This document shows, piece after piece, positions 11,341 to 24,399 of a stretch of 64,000 nt of DNA. Both the position numbers and the translations under genes were made by a program. The DNA comes from Mobula hypostoma (Eukaryota): assembly GCF_963921235.1 (NCBI RefSeq), contig NC_086097.1:11222001-11286000 (forward strand). The letters run 5' to 3'. A model generated the notes under the pieces. It searched no databases and had not been told where the DNA came from. It saw only the letters and a list, made by a program, of their open reading frames with translations. Within the stretch, counting starts at the first letter, position 1. Every line of letters begins with the position of its first letter.

Positions 11341-13488
11341 AAGAAACATAGAAAATAGGTGCAGGAGTAGGCCATTCGGCCCTTCGAGCCTGCACCGCCA
11401 TTTATTATGATCATGACTGATCATCCAACTCAGAACCCTGCACCAGCCTTCCCTCCATACCCACTGATCCCCATAGCCACAAGGGCCATATCTAACTCCC
11501 TCTTAAATATAGCCAATGAACTGGCCCCAACTGTTTCCTGTGGCAGAGAATTCCACAGATTCACCACTCTCTGTGTGAAGAAGTTTTTCCTAATCTCGGT
11601 CCTAAAAGGCTTCCCCTTTATCCTCAAACTGTGACCCCTCGTTCTGGACTTCCCCAACATCGGGAACAATCTTCCTGCATCTAGCCTGTCCAATCCCTTT
11701 AGGATTTTATACGTTTCAATCAGAACCCCCCTCAATCTTCTAAATTCCAATGAGTACAAGCCCAGTTCATTCAGTCTTTCTTCATATGAAAGTCCTGCCA
11801 TCCCAGGAATCAATCTGGTGAACCTTCTTTGTACTCCCTCTATGGCAAGGATGTCTTTCCTCAGATTAGGGGACCAAAACTGCACACAATACTCCAGGTG
11901 TGGTCTCACCAAGGCTTTGTACAACTGCAGTAGTACCTCCCTGCTCCTGTACTCGAATCCTCTCACTATAAATGCCAGCGTACCATTCGCCTTTTTCACC
12001 GCCTGCTGTACCTGCATGCCCACTTTCAATGACTGGTGTATAATGACACCCAGGTCTCGTTGCACCTCCCCTTTTCCTAATCGGCCACCATTCAGATAAT
12101 AATCTGTTTTCCTATTTTTACCACCAAAGTGGATAACTTCACATTTATCCATATTAAATTGCATCTGCCATGAATTTGCCCATTCACCCAACCTATCCAA
12201 GTCACCCTGCATCCTCTTAGCATCCTCCTCACAGCTAACACTGCCGCCCAGCTTCGTGTCATCCGCAAACTTAGAGATGCTGCATTTAATTCCCCCATCC
12301 AAGTCATTAATATATATTGTAAACAACTGGGGTCCCAGCACTGAACCTTGCGGTACCCCACTAGTCACTGCCTGCCATTCCGAAAAGGTCCCGTTTATTC
12401 CCACTCTTTGCTTTCTGTCTGCTAATCAATTCTCTGTCCACGTCAATACCTTACCCCCAATACCGTGTGCTTTAAGTTTGCACACTAATCTCCTGTGTGG
12501 GACCTTGTCAAAAGCCTTTTGAAAATCCAAATATACCACATCCACTGGTTCTCCCCTATCCACTCTACTAGTTACATCCTCAAAAAATTCTATGAGATTC
12601 GTCAGACATGATTTTCCTTTCACAAATCCATGCTGACTTTGTCCGATGATTTCACCGCTTTCCAAATGTGCTGTTATCACATCTTTGATAACTGACTCCA
12701 GCAGTTTCCCCACCACCGACGTTAGGCTAACCGGTCTATAATTCCCTGGTTTCTCTCTCCCTCCTTTTTTAACAAGTGGGGTTACATTAGCCACCCTCCA
12801 ATCCTCAGGAACTAGTCCAGAATCTAACGAGTTTTGAAAAATTATCACTAATGCATCCACTATTTCTTGGGCTACTTCCTTAAGCACTCTGGGATGCAGA
12901 CTATCTGGCCCTGGGGATTTATCTGCCTTTAATCCCTTCAAATTACCTAACACCATTTCCCTATTAACATGTATTTCCCTCAGTTCCTCCATCTCACTGG
13001 ACCCTCTGTCCCCTACTATTTCTGGAAGATTATTTATGTCCTCCTTAGTGAAGACAGAACCAAAGTAATTATTCAATTGGTCTGCTATGTCCTTGCTCCC
13101 CATAATCAATTCACCTGTTTCTGTCTGTAGGGGACCTACATTTGTCTTTACCAGTCTTTTCCTTTTTACATATCTATAAAAGCTTTTACAGTCAGTTTTT
13201 ATGTTCCCTGCCAGTTTTCTCTCATAACCTTTTTTCCCCTTCCCAATTAAGCCCTTTGCCCTCCTCTGCTGAACTCTGAATTTCTCCCAGTCCTCAGGTG
13301 AGCCACTTTTTCCGGCTAATTTGTATGCTTCTTCTTTGGAATTGATACTATCCGTAATTTCTCTTGTCAGCCACGGGTGCACTACCTTCCTTGATTTATT
13401 CTTTTGCCAAACTGGGATGAACAATTGTTGTAGTACATCCATGCAATCCTTAAATGCTTGCCATTGCATATCCACCGTCAATCCTTTA
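11341..13488 (-). mobile_element. Young 5'-truncated CR1 LINE (ORF2 RT domain and 3' UTR)
   Basis: ORFs 12426..13481 and 11430..12404 share one frame, separated by a single TGA replacing a W codon. Motifs NYRPVSLTS, YLDFQKAFDKV, GVPQGSVLGP, KFADD. 3' tail (TTCTATGT)n. Confidence 0.95.
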
Positions 13489-13985
13489 AGGATGTGCTGG
13501 CATTGGAGAGGGCCCAGAAGAGGTTTACGAGAATGATCCTGGGAATGAAGGGGGTAACGTATGAGGAGTGTTTAAGGGCTGTAGGTCTGAACTCACTGGA
13601 GTTCAGAAGAATGAGAGTGAATCTCATGGAAACCTATCAAATATAGAAAGCACTAAATAGAGTGGTCATGGAGAGGCTACTTTCTCCAATGGGAGAGTCT
13701 AAGACCAGAATACCAGAATGTCCCTTTAGGACAGAGATGAGGAGGAATTTCTTTAGCCAGAGGGTGAATCTGTGGAACTTATTGCCACACGGCTGTGGTA
13801 GACAAATCATTGGGTATATTTGAAGCAGAGGTTGATAGGTTCTTGATTAGTCAGGGTGTCAAAGTTACAGAAAGAAGGCAAGAGAAGTGGGCTAGGAGGG
13901 AAAGTATATCAGCTATGATGGAATGGTAGAGCAGACTCGATGGGCCAAATGGCCTAATTCTGCTCTTACGTCTAATGGTCCATAA
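13489..13985 (+). mobile_element. Older CR1 3' fragment; its upstream part lies at about 11320-11345
   Basis: KDVLALERAQKRFTRMILGMKG. The upstream piece ttttgggccacatctaagaa sits on the other side of the young CR1. Confidence 0.85.
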
Positions 13986-13994
13986 TCTTGCGGC

Positions 13995-14268
13995 GTGGTA
14001 GCGAAATGATCAGTGTGACGCTATTGCAGCTCAGGACAGCGGAAATCAGAATTCAATTCTGACATCTTCTGCAAGGAGTCTGAAAGTCCTGCCCGTGAAT
14101 GCACTGTGAATGCACAGTCCAAAGATGTACCGATAGTTGGTGAATTGCCCATTGTAAATTGTCCTGTGATTAGGTTAGGATTAAGTCGGAGGTTACTAGG
14201 CGGCACAGCTCAAAGGGCCAGAAAGGCCTATTCAGCACTGAATCTCTAATTTAAAGTAAATAAATAAA
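13995..14268 (+). mobile_element. V-SINE (HE1-like)
   Basis: A-box-like ggtagcg..atg.tcag, V-domain remnant and (TAAA)n tail. Confidence 0.7.
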
Positions 14269-14619
14269 TTCAACCCTGAACTGTGTATGGTTTACAGCAC
14301 CATTAGAGGCATCCAGTTTAATGACTGCATTGTAATTCACAGTTAGCTACCTATTGTCCTCTTGTCTGTTTTGTAGTTTTGTTGGAAAGTTATTGACAGC
14401 CTTGTACATATTATAAAACAAAGCTGTTGAGAACACATATTAACTGAACATTTGGATTACTGAAGTCATTAACTGGAATCCAGCAGCTGTTATTTAATTT
14501 ATCAACGTGAAACATGTCACGCTAAGAACAGAGAGAGACAACATCTTGTTATATATACCTGTAGATGGGAAAGAAGGAACCAAAAGCAAATTGATTTCAT
14601 TCCTCGAAACCCTGCATCG

Positions 14620-14985
14620 AGAATATCTTCAAAAAGGAAATGCCTCAAAAAAAAGGTGACGTCCATCATTAAGGGTCCCCCATCCAGGACTCCTCATTGC
14701 TACCATCAAGGTGGAGGTATAGGAGTGTGAAGACGCACGCTCCGTGTTTTAGGAACAGCTTCTTCCCTATCACCATCAGGTTTTGGATTGGAAAATGAAC
14801 CCATGTACACTACCTCACAATATTTCTTTTCTTCTGTCTTTTTGCACTACTTACTTAATTCAATTATATATATATATATTTCTTATTGTAATTATAGCTC
14901 TTTTTTTATTATGTTATGCAATGTTGCAGCAAAACAACAAGTTTCATGACATATGCCAACGATATGAAACCTTTCTGATTCTGTT
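14620..14985 (+). mobile_element. Rex1/Babar 3' fragment
   Basis: tccatcattaagg..ccccatccagga...taccatcaagg.ggaggtatagg and a ctgattctg tail. Confidence 0.7.
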
Positions 14986-15614
14986 ACAGGAGACATTTAA
15001 AAAAGCATCTTTTTCCAGTTCACCTTACAGGTGATAACCAGTGAAACCTCGAGCAGTTTTATTCTTTATACTTTATATATTATAGAAAACCTCCTTTGGC
15101 TTATTAGCCCAGCTGAAAGATTAATCTATGAGTTCACTAAAGGGTATGTGAGGGGCTGGCACTGAAATAACGTATCAATATTTTATAAGGTAGCTGCACC
15201 ATACAAATATTTCAGCCCAAATGCTTCATTTACGAGTACTGGGATGAAGCAAATTAAAAAAGTGTCAACTCAAGTTATCATGGACCATTAACTTCGTGCA
15301 TCTGTGACGTGGAGGTAGCATCAGATACCCGGAGAATTGATTTATTGCTCCTCAACATGTCTCTCTGCTTTAAGACATCTGATTTCAAAGAGCCATAGAA
15401 TCATTAGGCTGTAGATGGAGGTTAGTTAGCCAACTGAGTGTACTTGGGCCATCTTTTCACTTCCATCTCCTGCCTCTTTCCACAATTTTTCCTGAAAATT
15501 GATATATCTCATTTTGAAGATCCTGATTGATTGTGTCGCCACCAACCTTTCCAGAAGAGATTTAGAAATGCAAACTGCTTCAACAGTGAAAAATTAAAGC
15601 ATCCACTAATACCG

Positions 15615-15795
15615 AACAACGCACACAAAATGTTAAAGGAACTCAGTAGTCCAGGCAGCACCTATAGAAATGAATAAACAGTCGATGTTTTGGGCTGACA
15701 CCTTTCATCAGTCCTGATGACCTGCTGAGATCTTTCAGCATTTTAGTTTGTGCTATTATGGGTTTCCAGCATCAACAGAATTGCTTGTGTGTATG
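15615..15795. mobile_element. Penelope-like terminal remnant
   Basis: cacacaaaatg.t..aggaactcag..g.ccaggcagca.ctat plus a short inverted arm. Confidence 0.6.
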
Positions 15796-15869
15796 ATGTG
15801 CCAATACCTCCTTCGTCCTATTCAGTGGTGAAACTAGTAGGGCCATTGCCTCATAACTCCATTTTTATC

Positions 15870-16385
15870 CAATGCAGCTCAGAAAGCATTCATTCCAGAT
15901 GCACAATGGCTTAGTATTTGACTGCAAGAAACTGCAGAGACTTGGGGACACAGCTCATCACATTATGGAAACCAACACACCCCCTGCCCCCCATACACAC
16001 ACATACTTCTATAGGCTCTGTCTACACTTCTCACTGCCTCAGTAAAGCAGCCAGCATAATCAAAAACCCCACCCATCCCAGACATTCTCTTCTCTCACCC
16101 TCCCATTGGGCAGAGATACAAATGCTTGACAGCACGCAACACTAGGTTTTGGGACAGCTTCTATCTGTTATCCGACTCTTGCATTGACCTCTTGTATGAT
16201 AAGGTGGGCTCTTGACCTCACAATCTACCTTGTTATGATCTTGCACTTTATTGTTTACCTGTCGCTGTTACACTTTACCTTGTTCTATCTCAATGCACTG
16301 TGTAATGATCTGATCTGTGTGAGCAGTGTGCAGGACAAGCTTTTCACTGTATCATGGTAAATGTGACAATAATAGAGCCAATACC
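15870..16385 (+). mobile_element. Rex1/Babar 3' fragment
   Basis: ORF 15918..16145 contains CLSKAASIIKNPTHPRHSLLSP. Confidence 0.75.
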
Positions 16386-16389
16386 AATC

Positions 16390-18200
16390 CCAGTGATTCA
16401 GGTTTAAACTTAACCTCTGGTGCTGACTGTGTGGAGTTTGCATGCTCTCCCTGTGTGGGTTGTCTCTGGTCACTCTGGTTTCCCCCCATATCCTAAAGAT
16501 GTGTGATTTGATAGTCTAGTTGGCCACCGTGAATTACTCTTAGTTTGACAGTAGGTGGTAAAATTGTGGGAACTGCTAGCAATGTGCTCGAGGCCTCAAG
16601 GGCCTGAGTTATAGGGAGAGGTTGGCAGACCAGGACTTCATTCCTTGGAACATAGGAGACTGAGGGTGACATACATCATGAGGGGCACAGACGCGGTGAA
16701 CGCACATAGTCTATTTTTCCCAGGGATGGAGAAGTCTAGGCCTCAGAGCGAATCAAATCGACAGAACCTTTTGTTTGGATGACAATTTAAGTGCCAGGCC
16801 AGATTGAAAAGGTCAGGGTGTCAGGGCCCGAGGTGAGGAACAGGCTGGAGCATCTCATTGCTCCATGAGGTTTACTTGGCTCTGTGCTAAACTAAAGGTC
16901 AGGGGACGGATTCTCTGTGGACTTTAGCTCAAAGTGCTGTTTGTTTGTGTTTATTGTTTGCAAGTTTTTCTTCTCTGCACTTCGGGTATTTGACAGTATT
17001 TTTTTATGAATTCTTTTGTGTTTCTTTGTTTCCTGGCTGCCTGTAAGGAGACAATCTCAAGGTTGTATAACATATACAGACTTAGATAATAATTGTACTT
17101 TCAACTTTGAAGTAAAAAGTAGAGGACATAGGTTTTAGGTAGGAGGTGAAAGATTTAAATATGAGCTGAAGGACAACTCCTTCATGCAGAGCAACACACA
17201 CAAAATACTGGAGGAACTCAGCAGTTTAGGTAGCATCTATGGAAGTGAATAGATAGTCAATGTTACGGGATGATACCTTTCATCAGTCCTGAGTCTTCAT
17301 GCAAAAGGTGATACATATGTGAAATGAACTGCAGAGAAAGTGGTTGAGGCAGGTACAATAACAAAATTCAAAAGACATTGAGATAAGTACATGGGTAGGA
17401 GGGGTTTTGGAGGGATATTAGCGAAATGTTCATTGGAGGGTCTCACTGGTCATCATGGCTGAACCGGACTCAGTGGCCTGTTTCCATGCTGTCACTCTGT
17501 GTGGAGCAATTAAAATGGAATTTACACAGGAGTAAAGTAATTAGGACATAGAATAGCACAGCACAGTAGAGGTCCTGCAACCCAAACTGTTCTGCATGGT
17601 AGCGTAGTGATTAACAATCCTGGTTCACTTCCTGTCACTGCCTATAGGAATTTGTATGTTGGCCCTGTGATCATGTGGATCTCCTCTGGGTGCTTCGGTT
17701 TCCTCCCACGGTTCAAAGAAATACCAGTTGTTTGGCTAATTGATCGTTGTACATTGCCCTGTGATTAGGCTAGGATTAAATCTGGGGGGTTGCTGGGTGG
17801 TGCGGCTCGAAGGGGGAAGGGCCTATTCCACACTGTACCTCAGTACATAAATAAATAAACCTCTTGTTCACTCAATCTAATCCTATACAGCCCATGTCCC
17901 TCCATTTTTCTGAAATAAAAATGACAAAGTATATATATACCTTGAGATTCATCTCCTTCCAGGCAGCCACAGAACAAGAAACCCAAAAGAACCCATAAAT
18001 AAAAAGAAGACTATTTATAAGTCTTTTAATTGTCCCTATTGAATCAGCCTCTACCACCACACCTGGCAATGTGTTTCGGGCACCCGCTACACTCTGTGGG
18101 AAAAAGTCTACATCTGACACCTCCCCTATACTTTCTTCCAGTTACCTGAAATGGATGTCCTTTGGTTTTAGCATTGCTGCCCTGAGAAAAAGGAGCTGGC
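16390..18200. repeat. Nested cluster of V-SINE, CR1, Rex-tailed and Penelope fragments
   Basis: V-SINEs at about 16390-16560 and 17598-17860. CR1 pieces at 16590-16720, 17110-17495 and 18020-18200. Rex-tailed element at 16720-17110. Penelope terminus at 17190-17292. Confidence 0.6.
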
Positions 18201-18604
18201 TGTTCAGCATTAATGTTGACTTGTGTTTAGGTGTGCAAGTCACTGCTATATCCTTTACACTGGCACAGCTCACACTTGAGCACCCTCAAACAACAGTTGA
18301 TTAGAAGATGGCCAAATGGTGCAATGATGTCACATACTCATGCAATTACAGTTCCACAGTACTGTCCCCTCCTTCCAGCAGAAAACTTCGGAATTGTTTT
18401 ACAACTGGTAGAACATTTGTGGCTGGCACAGGACAGGATTCTTCAGTATGTTTGCTGAAGAAGTCAATCCATTAAATTAAGGCTCAATCCACTCATCCTT
18501 TAAACTGCACATTAATCTGCCTCTTAGTATCAATGTTTTAGGAACAACTACTTCCCCTCAGCCAGCACTATCATGGATGTGAGCCTCCCCACCATTACGG
18601 ACTT

Positions 18605-21175
18605 CTTTTTTTGTAATATAATTTTTATTGAATTTTCAAAAAGAATACATGAAAAAAAGAATCTACCCTCCCCCCTCCCCTTAACCCTCCCCCCCCCCAT
18701 ATATAGTCCTACCTAAAAAGAAAGAAAAAGAAAAAAAAGAAAAGAACCGCCTGGTTATTGGAAGGTTTCCACATGCTCCATGGGATTCAAAATGAATTTG
18801 GTATAATTATTTGTTACTTTCCCCAAGTGACCAAAGTCTTTATCAGAGCACTTAAATATGCCATCCTATCTTTTGTAAATAAGGGCGCCAAATATTCAAA
18901 AATGTTACATATTTATCTCTTAAATTATAAGTAATTTTTTCGAGTGCAATAGAACTAGCCATTTCATTATTCCAACGATCCATACTTAAATACGAATCAG
19001 ATTTCCAAGTAACTGCTATAGTCTTCTCAGCTATTGCCAATGCAATTTTTATAAATTCTTTCTGATATTTATTCAATTTAAGTTTCGGTTTTATCCCTTC
19101 AATATCACCTAATAAAAATAATACAGGGTTATGTGGAAGTTGAATTGCAGTAATTTGTTCCAATAAGATTCTTAAATTTATCCAAAAGGGTTGAATTTTA
19201 AAACAAGACCAAGTAGAATGTAAAAAAGTACCAATTTCTTGATTACACCGAAAACATTTATCAGATAGATTTGAATTTAATCTATTTATTTTTTTGCGGT
19301 GTAATATATAATTGATGTAAAAAATTATATTGTACTAATCTAAGTCGAATATTTATTGTAATTGTCATACTGTCAAGACAAAGTCTTGACCAATTTGTTT
19401 CATCAATAATAATATTCAGATCTGTTTCCCATTTTTGCTTTGACTTATGGGTTCCTTGTTTAATTGTCTGTTCTTGAATCAAATTATACATACAAGAAAT
19501 AAATTTTTTAATTTTCCCTTTTTGAATTAAAATTTCAATTTCATTAGGTTTTGGCAAAAACATTGTTTGACCCAGCTTACCTTTTAAGTAAGCCCTTAAT
19601 TGAAAGTAACAAAAGAAAGTATTATTAGATATTTTATATTTATCCTTTAATTGTTCAAATGACATCAATATACCTCGTTCAAAACAATCTCCTATAAATT
19701 TAATCCCTTTTTGGTACCAATTATATAAAAGTTGATTGTCCATTGTAAAAGGAATAAGTCTGTTTTGGAACAAAGGTCTCCTTGCTAATAGAGATTTCTG
19801 TGTTTCATTATCAACATTTATCTTATTCCATAGATCAATCAAATGTGTTAATATAGGAGATTCTTTCTTTTCCCGTATCAATTTAGATTCCCATTTATAT
19901 ATAAAATCTTCAGGTCTATTTTCTCCTATCTTGTCTAGTTCTATTTTAATCCATGCTGGTTTTCGATCATCGAAGAAAGATGCAACAAATCTAAGTTGAT
20001 TTGCTTTATAATAGTTATTATTATTTCCTCTTTTTATGGAACTAATACGTCAAGCAGAAAAAATACATAAACTTCCAGAATCTTTTTCAACAGCTATTGT
20101 AATAGTATTGCCAAAAAAAGACAGAGATCCTATGAAACCAGCATCATATAGGCCTATTTCTTTATTGAATATGGATTATAAAATAATAGCAAAAATTTTA
20201 TCGATTAGATTATCTAAATATTTACCAAAATTAATACATATGGATCAAACAGGATTTATTAAAAATAGACAATTGGCAGATAATGTAACTCGGCTACTCA
20301 GTATAATTCATTTGGCACAAAAAAGGGATGAGAAGAGTATAGTAGTAGCTTTGGATGCAGAAAAAGCATTTGATAGATTAGAATGGGATTTTTTATTTAA
20401 AGTACTAGAAAAATATGGGTTAGGAACATCTTTTATAAATTGGATTAAAACTTTAAATTCTAACCCTAAAGCTAAAGTGGTGACAAACTCTCAAATTTCA
20501 ACACCATTCCAGTTAAAAAGGTCAACTAGACAAGGTTGTCCACTATCACCTGCTTTATTTGTATTGGCGATAGAGCCATTAGCAGAACTAATTAGAATTG
20601 ATCCAGATATTATGGGTTTTAGAGTTAATCAGGAGGAATATAAAATTAATCTTTTTGCCGATGATGTTTTGATCTATTTAACAAATCCACAACATTCATT
20701 ACATAAATTATCTTCTAGATTGGATGAATATGGGAAGGTATCAGGTTACAAAATAAATTGGGATAAAAGTGAAATTTTACATCTTACTAAAGGAAACTAT
20801 AGTCAATGTCGATTAGTAACCCAATTTAGATGGCCGGTAAATGGTATAAAATATTTAGGTATAAGACTTGATAATGATCTAAAGAATTTATATAAATTTA
20901 TTTATCACTATTGAAAAAAATTCAAGAAGATCTTGACAAATGGATGATATTACCAATAACATTAGTAGGTAGAGTCAATGTTGTAAAAATGAATATATTT
21001 CCTAGATTACAGTATTTGTTTCAAACATTACCACTACAATTGCCACAGAAATTTTTTCAAGAGTTAAATAAATGTGTGAGAAAATTTCTTTGGAAAGGTA
21101 AAATGTCAAGAATATCATTGGAAAAATTGACATGTAAATTTGGGTTAGGAGGGTTACAACTTCCAAACTTTAAAA
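18605..21175 (-). mobile_element. L1-clade LINE, 5'-truncated, with 5' inversion
   Basis: The minus part 18605-20016 has AATAAA and an A-tail, a G-rich UTR and the CFRC..H....C knuckle. The plus part 20017-21175 encodes RT (SYRPISLLN, LDAEKAFD, TRQGCPLSP, LFADD). TSD accattacggactt at 18591-18604 and 21176-21189. Confidence 0.95.
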
Positions 21176-21189
21176 ACCATTACGGACTT

Positions 21190-21602
21190 ATTCAAAAGAT
21201 GATGCTTCAAGGAGACGGCATCCATCATGAAGGGCTCATCATCCAGAACCATGTCCTCTTCACATTACTAGCATCAAGGAGGGGGTACAAGACCCAAATT
21301 CAATGTTTTAGAAATGTTTCTTCCCCTCTGACATCAGATTTCTGAAGAGTCCAAAATCGCTACTTTTATTTATTTATTTATGTATGTATGTATGTATATA
21401 TTTTCTGTTACAACCCATGGTATCTCTTGCACTTTACTGCTGCCACAAATCAACAAATTTCACACCACAAAACAAAATGCTGGAGGAACTCAGCAGGTCA
21501 GGCAGAATCTACGGAAATGAATAAATAGTTGAGGTTTTGGGCCAAGACCCTTCTCCAGGACCCTTCACAATATCTGTCAATAATAATAGATCGGATTCTG
21601 AT
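21190..21602 (+). mobile_element. Rex1/Babar 3' fragment (continuation of 18560-18604), with a Penelope terminus at about 21465-21565
   Basis: Removing the L1 restores atcatgg..gagcctccccaccatt..ggac.t.ttcaaaag.tgatgc..caagg.g.cggcatccatcat. Confidence 0.75.
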
Positions 21603-21994
21603 GAATATACAAAGTCTCCAAGGTCTTCGAGTCTTACCACAACGTGATATAATCACACATTCTTTTTCCTATATTTGATTGTGTAGTTTGGATTTAACTC
21701 CTTGGTAATGGATTGATGCACTTCTCTAACATCAGAACTGTCTCAATGTATGCAATATCTTCAGCTTTGTGCAAAGCTACTCTATTAGTGAGTGTGGGAT
21801 TTCCTCCAGAACTAACTTCTGTGAGTAAAACCATTGTCTTTTATTCCCTTATTTCAGAAAGTTTTGAACTATCTATTCATTTTTTTTTATTGAGATACAG
21901 CACTGAATAGGCCCATCCAGCTCTCCGAGACACACTGCCCGGCAATCCCCTGATTTAACTGTGGCCTAATCATGAGACAATTTACAATAAACAC

Positions 21995-22370
21995 ATTCTA
22001 GTGACCCTCTCACCTCTTCTCCTCCCCTACCCCTATAACCTGCCCATCACCTCCCTCAGGTTCCCCTCCTCATTCCATTTATTCCATGGTCCACTGTCCT
22101 CTCCTATTAGATTCTTTTTTCTTCAGCTCTTTACCTCTTCCACCTATCATGCTCAAGCTTTGTACTTCGTTCCCCTCCCGTCCCTACCCACCCACCTTCC
22201 CCTCACCTATCCCCTGCCAGCTTGCGTTCCTCCCCCTGCTCCCTTGCCTTCTTATTCAGGATTATGCCCGCTTTCCTTTCCAGTCCTGATGAAAAGAACT
22301 TTTTTTCCCTTCATACATGCTGCCTGTCCTGTTGAAGTTCCTTTAACATTTTAGAGTGTGACGCTGAAGA
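21995..22370 (+). mobile_element. Penelope-like pyrimidine-rich terminal fragment
   Basis: Homologous to 50660-50985 and to the reverse complement of 63338-63750. Contains ccagtcCTGATGAa at about 22280. Confidence 0.65.
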
Positions 22371-22374
22371 TTAT

Positions 22375-22905
22375 CTTAACTTTGTGCCCCTTATCTTAGA
22401 AAGGATGTGCTGATACTGCAAAGGGTTCACAACAATTATTCCAAGATCAAACAGCTTGTCATATGAAGAGTGGCAGATGGCTCTGGGCCTGTATTCACTG
22501 GAATTCAGAAGAATGAGAGGTGACCTCATTGAAATCTTTCGGATGTTGAAAGGCCTGGATAGAGTGGATGTGGAAAGGATGTTTCCAATGGTAGGAAAGT
22601 CTAAGATCAGAGGACACAACCTCAGAATAGAGGGCAGTCCTTTTAGAATGGAGATAGGGAGGAATTTATTTAGTCCGAGAGTGGTGAATCTGTAGAATTC
22701 ATTACCACAGGCGACAGTGGAGGCTATGCCTTTAGATATATTTAAGGCAGAGGTTGATAGATTCATGATTAGTCAAGGCATGAAGGGATACAGGGAGAAG
22801 GCAGGAGATTAGGACTGAGAGGGAAAATGGGTCAGCCATGATGAAATGGCGGAGCAGACTCAATGGGCCAATTGGCCTAATTCTGCTCCTATATCTTATG
22901 GTCTT
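22375..22905 (+). mobile_element. CR1 3' fragment
   Basis: LGLYSLEFRRMRGDLIEIFRMLKGLDRVD motif and a tcttatggtctta tail. Confidence 0.9.
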
Positions 22906-23191
22906 ATTTCCAGCATCTGCAGAATCCCAAACAACCCACCCACTCAAATCCATCAACTACACAGTGGCTGAGTTAATTGTGATTCTTCCACCATCCATAG
23001 GACCAAAATAAAAGTGAGAACAAATCGTCCTTGTCCCTGGGGCACTGCATGTGAACATAAAATACAAACTTACTTCCATTTATACCTGCATCCATGAACA
23101 TCTGCAGGTTCAGATTATGTGAATAATTAGTGACACAGAGAAGTATGGTTTTATGAGCACCTGAGATTAAAGAATGCATTGCATTCATATA

Positions 23192-23743
23192 AACACAGTG
23201 GCCACTTTATTGTGCACGTCCTGTACCTAATAAAGTGGCCACTGAGTGTATGTTCATGGTCTTCTGCCACTGTAGCCCATCTGCTTGAAGGTTCAATGTG
23301 TTGTGCATTCAGAGATGCTCCTGCACACCACTGTTGTAACGTGTCATTATTTGAGTTACTCTCGCCTTCCTGTCAGCTTGAAACAGTCTGGCCGTTCTCC
23401 TCTGACCTCTCTCATTAACAAGGCATTCTTGCAACAAAACTGCCCCTCACTGGATTTCTTTTTTTTGTTTTTCCACACCATTCTCTATAAAGTCCAGAGA
23501 TTGTTGTGTGTGAAAATCCCAGGAGATCAGCAGTTTCTGAGATACTCAAACCACCCTGTCTGACTCCAGCAATCATTCTATGGTCAAAGTCACTTAGATC
23601 ACCAATCCTTCCCTATTCTGATGTTTGAACTGAACTTCTTGACCATGTCTGTTGCTTTGTGCATGGAGTTGCTGCCACATGATTGGCTGATTAGATATTT
23701 GCATTAACGAGCAGGTGTATCTAATAAAAGTGGCCACTGAACG
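23192..23743. mobile_element. Tc1-like non-autonomous DNA transposon (MITE)
   Basis: TIR CA.CAGTGGCCACTTTATT at both ends with flanking TA. Extra internal inverted TIR at 23223-23248. Second copy at 62178-62708. Confidence 0.85.
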
Positions 23744-24399
23744 TATAAAAAACAAAAACTGCAGATGCTGAAATTTTGAAATGGAAACAGAAAATTGTGG
23801 ACAGAATATGCTAACGTCCTTTTTTTCTGTTTCTATAAATTGAGCCCTTTGCAACATTACTGGGTGTTCCAGAGTATGTGACTGATGCAAAGCTATATTT
23901 TTGTACTGTTCCCACTGTGGTAATGAAGCAGCACAGTGGGGTTCTATTAAATCTGAGAATATCCTTGAAATGTTTTCTCCATTCCCCTTAGCATTCTCCC
24001 GCAGACAGACTGAGAGGGGTCTGATAGCAGATCCCAATCATTATCTGGATTCCATTTATCAAGGGGACCACATCTACATGAACAGACAAGTCACGCAGCA
24101 GATCGTGCAGTTCAGTTTGATCCTGAACTCATGTACTGACTGTGTGGAGTTTGCATGTACCACAGGCTTCTCCCCCGCCCCCCACCCCCAGGTGCTCCAG
24201 TTCAATCCCACTTCCCAAAGGTGTTTTGGCAGTTTAATTGAGCCACTGCCAAGTACCTGTTCACCCAAGCTAACAGCAAAAACATAAATAGGGTGCTGAT
24301 GGTAATCTATGAAAGAGAATAAGCTGTAGGAATATATCAAAATAGGGAGGGGAGAAACACATTTATTGGAAATCCCCTCTAGATGCCATTATTTATGTA

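Noticed and set aside
23594..24037. 147-aa ORF containing FIETEKK, resembling the next PPP1R37 exon (FIETQK)
   Set aside because: The motif lies in a decayed Penelope-type terminus, has no acceptor in front of it, and the surrounding residues do not match.
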